Shown here in pieces: positions 36,046 through 41,127 of a stretch of 41,127 nt of DNA. Source of the stretch: a virus; UHGV virus genome UHGV-1367297. One strand, written 5' to 3'. Position numbers and translations under genes: made by a program. Below the pieces are notes generated by a model. That model did no database searches. It was given only the letters and a program-made list of their open reading frames with translations, and had not been told where the DNA came from. Every line of letters starts with the position of its first letter. The first letter of the stretch is position 1.

Positions 36046-36300
36046 TCATCCCTCCTGCTGACAAGTGCTCCGTATTCCAGAACTTGCCCTGCTGTCATGT
36101 TCAAGATCCTTTGGTCCATCTGTTTCTCCTTTGATTTTTACTGATTTTCTATTTTGATACTCCAACTCCCTGCAATAATTATTTAAACAGGCAATCGCAT
36201 GCTGCTTCTGCTGTTCTGCATACCCGTTCACTTTTTCAGTTGCTCCCAGGAGCCTGATGAATTGATCAACTCTTTGTATGGTTAATCTCTTATTTCCCAT
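36046..36300 (-). CDS. Hypothetical early protein (84 aa)
   Basis: It is the second gene of the leftward early operon. Confidence 0.4.
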   Translation of the reverse strand: MGNKRLTIQRVDQFIRLLGATEKVNGYAEQQKQHAIACLNNYCRELEYQNRKSVKIKGETDGPKDLEHDSRASSGIRSTCQQEG

Positions 36301-36523
36301 CGTTTAACCTCCTGATAACTTCCTCCCGGCTCAGTCTGAAGAACTCAGCCACTTCGGAAATAGTAGCTTCATAGTGTTTCTTTACTGCCCCGGTCTTCCG
36401 CACGACTCCAAATGTCCAGATGTTGTGTCTCATGCGGTATCGTACTTCATTAACTGAACAACCGGTAATCTTTGCAATCTCTGCAGTTTTTAATGTTTCT
36501 TTTAACGCAATTGTAGTGTTCAT
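36290..36523 (-). CDS. HTH DNA-binding protein, Cro- or Xis-like (first gene of the early operon)
   Basis: The block LKTAEIAKITGCSVNEVRYRM fits an HTH. Its position at the early promoter is typical. Confidence 0.5.
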   Translation of the reverse strand: MNTTIALKETLKTAEIAKITGCSVNEVRYRMRHNIWTFGVVRKTGAVKKHYEATISEVAEFFRLSREEVIRRLNDGK

Positions 36524-36683
36524 TTTTTATCACCTCACTTATATATGCAGGTTGGATTGTCTAAAGTATGTTGTCCATTAGCCTTTATTTCCGAGTTGTT
36601 CCAAATCTATCAGCCAGCATATTTACAACATCCCTGACAAAATTTAAGTTCATTCTAAATACTCTATCCACTTCATTTTGAAT

Positions 36684-36712
36684 TTGTAAATTCTTCCGTA
36701 TTGTGGTAAAAT
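36684..36712 (+). promoter_or_regulatory. Sigma70-like promoter for the + strand two-gene cassette
   Basis: TTGTAA (36684-36689), a 17-nt spacer and TAAAAT (36707-36712) precede AAGGAGAUG and the ATG at 36741. Confidence 0.4.
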
Positions 36713-36740
36713 TAAATATCATTCTACAAGGAGATGAAAT

Positions 36741-37139
36741 ATGTTAAGTACCTTTGCGGATATTGCTGGAATCCTAAGCTTTTTCATGTCTATTGTGTTG
36801 TTCATACTTTCCCATAGTTTATTCAAAAACGCTGCGGAACAACGCCGTGAATACAATGATAAACGTTTAGAAATACAGTCTGATCTTATCGGTTTAAGAG
36901 ATAACATTTGGGAAGATCAACTTGATAACATAAAAATACGTAGCCAATTGCGACAAGCTCTTTATTCCTACCGTAATCAATATTGGTTTATTGCTTTCCC
37001 TTTTCGCCTATTCCATATACAGCGAAGTTTGCATTTCATCAACGGACCAATAAAGGAAGAAGATAAAGAGACACTATGTAAACATATAGATTATCTAATC
37101 GGAAATATGGATAAAAAGGAGATTATAAATAATGAATGA
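36741..37139 (+). CDS. Membrane-anchored protein (132 aa; N-terminal TM helix plus a soluble domain)
   Basis: The N-terminal helix reads IAGILSFFMSIVLFILSHSLF. An AAGGAG RBS is present. The gene is AT-rich (about 33% GC). It overlaps the next gene (ATGAATGA). Confidence 0.5.
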   Translation: MLSTFADIAGILSFFMSIVLFILSHSLFKNAAEQRREYNDKRLEIQSDLIGLRDNIWEDQLDNIKIRSQLRQALYSYRNQYWFIAFPFRLFHIQRSLHFINGPIKEEDKETLCKHIDYLIGNMDKKEIINNE

Positions 37140-37560
37140 TAACGCCTTGCCTTTAATAGCCAATCTTATTGAACGAACAAAAAACGAAAAATTGTCTTGG
37201 CATCACTATTCAAACTCATCTTTTGATTTAAAACCTATATATTCTTCCCCATTAGAAGGTTCAGTTGTAGAACTTGCTGTTGATACAATAAACAAACCTA
37301 TTTTGGTTCCAGAAGATAGTTTCGTATGTTCTTATAATAATGGTTGTTTTTTCTTGCTTCTTTATCGGTATCTTGTTACGAATACACGCATTGTTCTTCA
37401 AGTACAAACAAAAACCTCGAAAAACTCAAAGATTTATGCATCGTCTGACGATAGTGTAGAAATTTCTTCTCAACTGAAACGTTTATATAATTTGGTCGAT
37501 AGCGTACCAGCTAGCACTGAAATAGACGATTTTATAAGCGATTTTATCGAGACTGAATAA
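37132..37560 (+). CDS. Soluble hypothetical protein (142 aa), translationally coupled partner of the 36741 gene
   Basis: It overlaps the upstream gene by 8 nt. I recognise no motif. Confidence 0.5.
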   Translation: MNDNALPLIANLIERTKNEKLSWHHYSNSSFDLKPIYSSPLEGSVVELAVDTINKPILVPEDSFVCSYNNGCFFLLLYRYLVTNTRIVLQVQTKTSKNSKIYASSDDSVEISSQLKRLYNLVDSVPASTEIDDFISDFIETE

Positions 37561-37750
37561 ACTCATCAACATACTTTTCGATATTTTCAATCCCTCGAAT
37601 TTCCTCGTGCAGTTCATTTGGCTGTTCGAGGATTTTTTTTGCAGTATTTCTAACTAAACTTTCTGTATTCTCTTTTTGATTCCTGATATCGTCTTCACAC
37701 TTTTTGATGCGAAGTAACAGATAATCCCATTTTTTCCTTGAAATCCACAT
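37544..37750 (-). CDS. Small coiled-coil protein (68 aa), downstream partner of the XRE gene at 37768
   Basis: A GAGGAAG RBS is present. It is co-directional with and 17 nt downstream of the XRE gene. Confidence 0.4.
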   Translation of the reverse strand: MWISRKKWDYLLLRIKKCEDDIRNQKENTESLVRNTAKKILEQPNELHEEIRGIENIEKYVDEFIQSR

Positions 37751-37767
37751 CTTCCTCGCCTCGCTTC

Positions 37768-37950
37768 CTACTCAAGAAAATAATCCACTGATACGCCGAA
37801 GTAATCTGCTACCTTTTTCAGCTTATCCACACTTGGAGACGATTCTCCCCACTTCTTAATTGTTCCGTTTCCAAAGCCCAGAGTTTTCTCAAGACAGCTG
37901 ATTGAGATGTTGTTCTTCTCTGCCAGCTTTAAAATTTTTTTAAGTATCAT
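37768..37950 (-). CDS. Small XRE/Cro-CI-type HTH protein (60 aa)
   Basis: The block ISISCLEKTLGFGNGTIKKWGES is an HTH. The C-terminus LKKVADYFGVSVDYFLE is shared with the gene at 38819-39001. Confidence 0.6.
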   Translation of the reverse strand: MILKKILKLAEKNNISISCLEKTLGFGNGTIKKWGESSPSVDKLKKVADYFGVSVDYFLE

Positions 37951-38446
37951 AATTCCCTCCTTTTGTTTTCCATCTTGTATACAACTGCATATATCTGTTA
38001 CAATAACCTTGTTACACTTAGATAATTTTCTAAAGGCTATTAGCCGGAAAGGAGTTTATTAAGGAGTAACGCTTTAAAGGATACCTCCAGGAAAGGAGGT
38101 GGGGCTTAAGGGAATTTTTCAAAAATATTCTCGAATGTGTTGTACTTATTTTACAGATTTGGAAAATCTTAGATGAATACGATATATAAGAGCTCTTTCG
38201 GCACCTAGGCTTAACGGTTTGGGTGCTGAAATCCAGGTATCATTCTTCTAAATTTGAAAATTCCGTAAGCATCATGTTACTTACTCGGATGGTCGTTCTT
38301 GTTTCCTCAAGTGTGGCCATTTTATATATGCAGTTGTCTACAAGATGGAAATATTCACCTTCACATCTGTTGTCTTTTACCATTTTGTCTCCTATACTGT
38401 AATTACAGGTGTTGCAGCACCGAGTATTACGAAAGGAGTGATAATA

Positions 38447-38631
38447 TGTACGATGAAATCAGTTTAGAACAACGTACTCATGATTTAGCCGTTGCCGCTA
38501 CTGTCCTTTATTACCAACAACAAAATATCGAAATCAGTGAATCGAATGCTTTTGAGTATGGTATGAAGTACAGAAGTTTGCTAAATCAAATTCGCAACTC
38601 TATGGAAGAGGGTAAGAGTGATTTACGATAA
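38447..38631 (+). CDS. Small hypothetical protein (61 aa)
   Basis: A strong RBS (GAAAGGAGUG) lies 8 nt upstream of the ATG at 38447. The track's N-terminal extension to 38299 is Cys-rich junk. Confidence 0.35.
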
Positions 38632-38784
38632 TCTTTCCCTCGATAGGTATTCTTCTACCTTTTGATCAATCGCAATCGGCAGGGCGGTCTTTAGCATTTG
38701 TAATTCTTTTAATGTGATTCCTTTTTCTGTACACATTTCTATAATTTCCTTTGCTAAACGCTCTGCATTTCTATAACTTTTCAT
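38623..38784 (-). CDS. Small hypothetical protein (53 aa), downstream partner of the XRE gene at 38819
   Basis: This ORF is not in the track. It reads MKSYRNAERLAKEIIEMCTEKGITLKELQMLKTALPIAIDQKVEEYLSRERLS and is co-directional with the XRE gene 35 nt upstream. Confidence 0.3.
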   Translation of the reverse strand: MKSYRNAERLAKEIIEMCTEKGITLKELQMLKTALPIAIDQKVEEYLSRERLS

Positions 38785-38818
38785 CGCATCCACTTCTCTC
38801 ACTTCCTATCAATCCTTC

Positions 38819-39001
38819 CTACTCCAAGAAATACTCAACACTTACGCCGAAGTAATCTGCTAGGATTTTTAGTTTTTCTGCTTTAGGTTTACTCCTGCCT
38901 CTTTTCCAGTCTGTAAACGTAGACTTCGTAATTCCTGTATCAGAAATTTCCTGCAGATAATTTGATATTCTTCCTCCATCAATTTCTTGCATTCTCACCA
39001 C
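38819..39001 (-). CDS. Small XRE/Cro-CI-type HTH protein (60 aa), paralogue of 37768-37950
   Basis: Its C-terminus LKILADYFGVSVEYFLE is nearly identical to that of the gene at 37768. Confidence 0.6.
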   Translation of the reverse strand: MVRMQEIDGGRISNYLQEISDTGITKSTFTDWKRGRSKPKAEKLKILADYFGVSVEYFLE

Positions 39002-39137
39002 TCACCTTTTTCACTATATCTTGCATCAACAGTATTTTTTTACACAGTATTTAGTATTTTTCTTGACACGCAAAATTTTTAGTATTATTCTACTCGAAGA
39101 ACATTTGTTTTAATTTTGTATGAAAGGCGGTGATTCA

Positions 39138-39335
39138 ATGATTACATTCAAAACAGATTTTAATCCTGATGAAATTATGTCTGACATCATAGATCAGACT
39201 AAAGAATCTTTATTATCAGATTCTTATGAGGTTGAATGTCCACATTGCGAAAAATTGTTTGATGCCTATCCTGGCAATAATATTTGTCCGCATTGTGAAA
39301 ACGAAGTTGTATTAGATCTTAATATCAATTTTTAA
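39138..39335 (+). CDS. Small zinc-ribbon protein (about 65 aa)
   Basis: A Cys cluster is present (CPHCEKLF…CPHCENEV). The ATG at 39138 has an RBS-like GGCGGUGA upstream. Confidence 0.4.
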   Translation: MITFKTDFNPDEIMSDIIDQTKESLLSDSYEVECPHCEKLFDAYPGNNICPHCENEVVLDLNINF

Positions 39336-39469
39336 GTTATCTTTTATTTTTTCGGCCAATTCATCTGCTAATGAATTGGCTTTTTTCAATTCTTCTATCA
39401 ACTCTTTTACTTTTTCACAAGCATCTTCTGTATGAACTAATACCTGTACTTCTATTTTTTCATTTTCTT

Positions 39470-39691
39470 TCATTTTGTTTTCTCCTCTGCAAAATCCATC
39501 GGGTTGACCCCAAGAAATTTACATATAATAATTGCTTCATCCATAGATAATGGTCGTTCTCTTTTTTTATTTGCAAGACTGTCGTACAAAGCACTATATG
39601 GAATCCCCGTCGCCCTTGACATTGCAGATAGATTTATTGCTTTCTCTTGTACATATCTTGCTACATTCTTCGTAGCTCCCATTTTCACCAC
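39470..39691 (-). CDS. XRE-family HTH protein (73 aa)
   Basis: The block LSAMSRATGIPYSALYDSLAN is an HTH. Confidence 0.55.
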   Translation of the reverse strand: MVKMGATKNVARYVQEKAINLSAMSRATGIPYSALYDSLANKKRERPLSMDEAIIICKFLGVNPMDFAEEKTK

Positions 39692-39846
39692 CTCTTTTCT
39701 CTGTTACAAAGAACTTGACATTATTATATTCTTTGTTATAGAGATTGTCAACACATTTTCCAAACATTTTTCTCTATTTCAAAGATATATAATTGACTAT
39801 CACAAGATTTTTTGTTATATTGAAGAAAAAGTGAGGTGAACATAAT

Positions 39847-39898
39847 ATGAATATCGGAGAAAAACTAAAACTTCTTAGAGAAAATAATAATATTATAG
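39847..39898 (+). pseudogene. 5' fragment of an XRE-family regulator gene (MNIGEKLKLLRENNNII…) truncated by the IS3 insertion
   Basis: The block MNIGEKLKLLRE is the canonical start of an XRE HTH protein. The sequence stops making sense at about 39898, where the IS end begins (TGGTTCAG…). Confidence 0.4.
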
Positions 39899-41127
39899 TG
39901 GTTCAGTTGTCAAGACACAAATTTAATCTTTTTATAATGAACAGATATATGTAGTTGAAAAGGGGAAGAATGTCCCCCTTAAGCTGCATACTCAATCAAA
40001 AGTACCGGATAATAATAGGATGCCGGAGTTTGATTGTTAATGGCAGAATGACAACGTTCAAAATTGTAGGTATGAATATATTTCCCAATCGCTTTCCGTG
40101 CTTCACGGATATTGGCATACTGAGTCAGATATGCTTCCTCGTACTTAAAACTACGAAACCATCTTTCAATCATAATATTATCTGCCCAACGGCTTTTTCC
40201 ATCCATGCTCTGACGAATCTGGTTCTCCTTGAGGAAATTCATATATTCGTTGCTTGTAAACTGACATCCCTGATCAGAATTTAGGATAACTGGTTTTGCT
40301 GTTTTAAACGCTTTTTTCAATGCATTGATAACCATTCTGGTATCCAGGGTATCATCAACTTCCCAGCCTACAATACAGCGGCTGTACCAGTCGATTACAG
40401 CTGTCAGATACAGGAATCCACGCTTGATGGGGATATAAGTGATGTCGATTGACCATGCCTGATTTGGACGGTCGATAACGGCATTGCGAAGCAGATACGG
40501 GCAGACTTTTGCCTGTTGCATACGCTTAGAAAGGTTCATTTTGGGATAGATAGGATTAATCCCCATTTCTGTCATGTAGCGGCGTGCTTTGCGGCGGCCG
40601 ACTTTATGGCCACGCATTTTCAGTTGTGAAGACATCTGACGGGCACCCCATGCCGGATTATCCGTGTGTAAACGGTCTATAATGGTCTTACAGTCCAGTT
40701 CTTCCTGAGAAACAGGAGTTCCATTATAATATATGCTGGTGCGATTAATATCAAGCAATCTGGCACCTGTTTTGACCGGGAGCTCTTTAGTCTTCAAAAG
40801 GTTTCGGACTAAATTTACTCTCGTAGTCAGGTCCAAGTGTTTCTTCAGATTTTTTTTTCAACCAATCCACCTGCATGGTGAGTTGCCCAACTTTTTTTGC
40901 GTATTCAGCTTTTTCCCTGCGTTCTGAAGCCAGCTTCTCTTTCAGGTTCTCTTCTCGTGTATCGTCAAAGACAACGGAAGCTTTATCAAGGAATTCCTTC
41001 TTCCAATTACGGAGAAGATTTGGTTGAATGTTATTTTCAGCAGCAATTGTATTTAAGTCTTTTTCTCCCCTGAGCAGTTCAATAACAAGCTCAGATTTGA
41101 ATTTTGCAGAGAAATTTCTTCTTGTTC
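39899..41127 (-). mobile_element. IS3-family insertion sequence (partial; continues past the window end) with orfA and orfB and an A-run frameshift site
   Basis: OrfB (39979-40836) is a DDE transposase (…DQGCQFTS…). OrfA (40840 onward) has an HTH (GEKDLNTIAAENNIQPNLL). The reverse complement of the T-run at 40850-40858 gives the A-rich slippery site typical of an IS3 OrfAB -1 frameshift. The left terminus is approximate. Confidence 0.7.
39979..40836 (-). CDS. IS3-family transposase OrfB (DDE integrase-fold catalytic domain)
   Basis: It is 285 aa with rve-type motifs. It has a TTG first codon, as expected for expression by frameshift fusion. Confidence 0.75.
   Translation of the reverse strand: MDLTTRVNLVRNLLKTKELPVKTGARLLDINRTSIYYNGTPVSQEELDCKTIIDRLHTDNPAWGARQMSSQLKMRGHKVGRRKARRYMTEMGINPIYPKMNLSKRMQQAKVCPYLLRNAVIDRPNQAWSIDITYIPIKRGFLYLTAVIDWYSRCIVGWEVDDTLDTRMVINALKKAFKTAKPVILNSDQGCQFTSNEYMNFLKENQIRQSMDGKSRWADNIMIERWFRSFKYEEAYLTQYANIREARKAIGKYIHTYNFERCHSAINNQTPASYYYPVLLIEYAA

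Noticed and set aside
35607-36134. 175-aa + strand ORF
   Set aside because: It has a low-complexity composition (F/Y/C/H-rich) and overlaps - strand early genes that are in operon context. It has no RBS.
38299-38446. N-terminal extension of the 38447-38631 ORF
   Set aside because: It is a Cys/Leu-rich translation of a non-coding spacer. A strong RBS precedes the internal ATG at 38447.
1-41127. CRISPR array or stop-codon recoding (a suppressor-tRNA phage)
   Set aside because: No short regularly spaced direct repeats were seen. The two tRNAs have sense anticodons (CCU, UAU). Only one in-frame stop was seen across all ORFs.

Overview
This window is low-GC (about 40%) and is dominated by a temperate siphovirus-type phage or prophage, probably of a Clostridia-like Firmicutes host.

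Positions 99-4722 on the + strand carry a lysogeny-type module: an XRE-family HTH repressor, an ImmA/IrrE-type HEXXH metallopeptidase, a very AT-rich 383-aa unknown protein with a C-terminal transmembrane segment, a Uma2-family (DUF820) nuclease behind a GC-rich structured leader, and a tyrosine integrase.

A 280-bp int-lysis intergenic region (4723-5003) carries two identical 22-bp direct repeats, a 12-bp perfect hairpin and convergent intrinsic terminators.

On the - strand from 25637 down to 5004 runs one long late operon: tRNA-Arg(CCU), HNH endonuclease, small and large terminase, portal, ClpP-like prohead protease, HK97-fold major capsid with a C-terminal Ig-like domain, head-tail connectors, major tail protein, tail chaperone with a -1 frameshift site (A AAA AAA AAG), a 1036-aa tape measure, Dit, Tal, a two-domain tail lysin, collagen-like (Gly-X-Y) tail fibres, holin and amidase endolysin.

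Upstream of it, also on the - strand (36523 down to 26584), lies an early/replication module. It contains a Cro-like HTH, a rolling-circle HUH Rep with a candidate origin, a PcfJ-like zinc-ribbon protein, a tandem-OB SSB-like protein, a DUF551-like protein, an RHH protein, an ArpU/RinA-like late activator and a second tRNA (anticodon UAU).

AT-rich accessory cargo follows at 36741-39900: a two-gene + strand cassette (membrane protein plus soluble protein), three paralogous small XRE genes each paired with a small partner gene, and a zinc-ribbon peptide. An IS3-family element (orfA/orfB, cut by the window end) truncates a fourth XRE gene.

A perfect 17-bp palindrome-containing motif (TTGTGCGATGTCGCACA) recurs at the 5' ends of the two late transcription units.

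The best candidates for an undescribed function are the AT-rich 383-aa membrane protein with its convergent small membrane-protein gene, and the two-gene cassette at 36741-37560. All calls come from reading the sequence by eye; no database search was possible.
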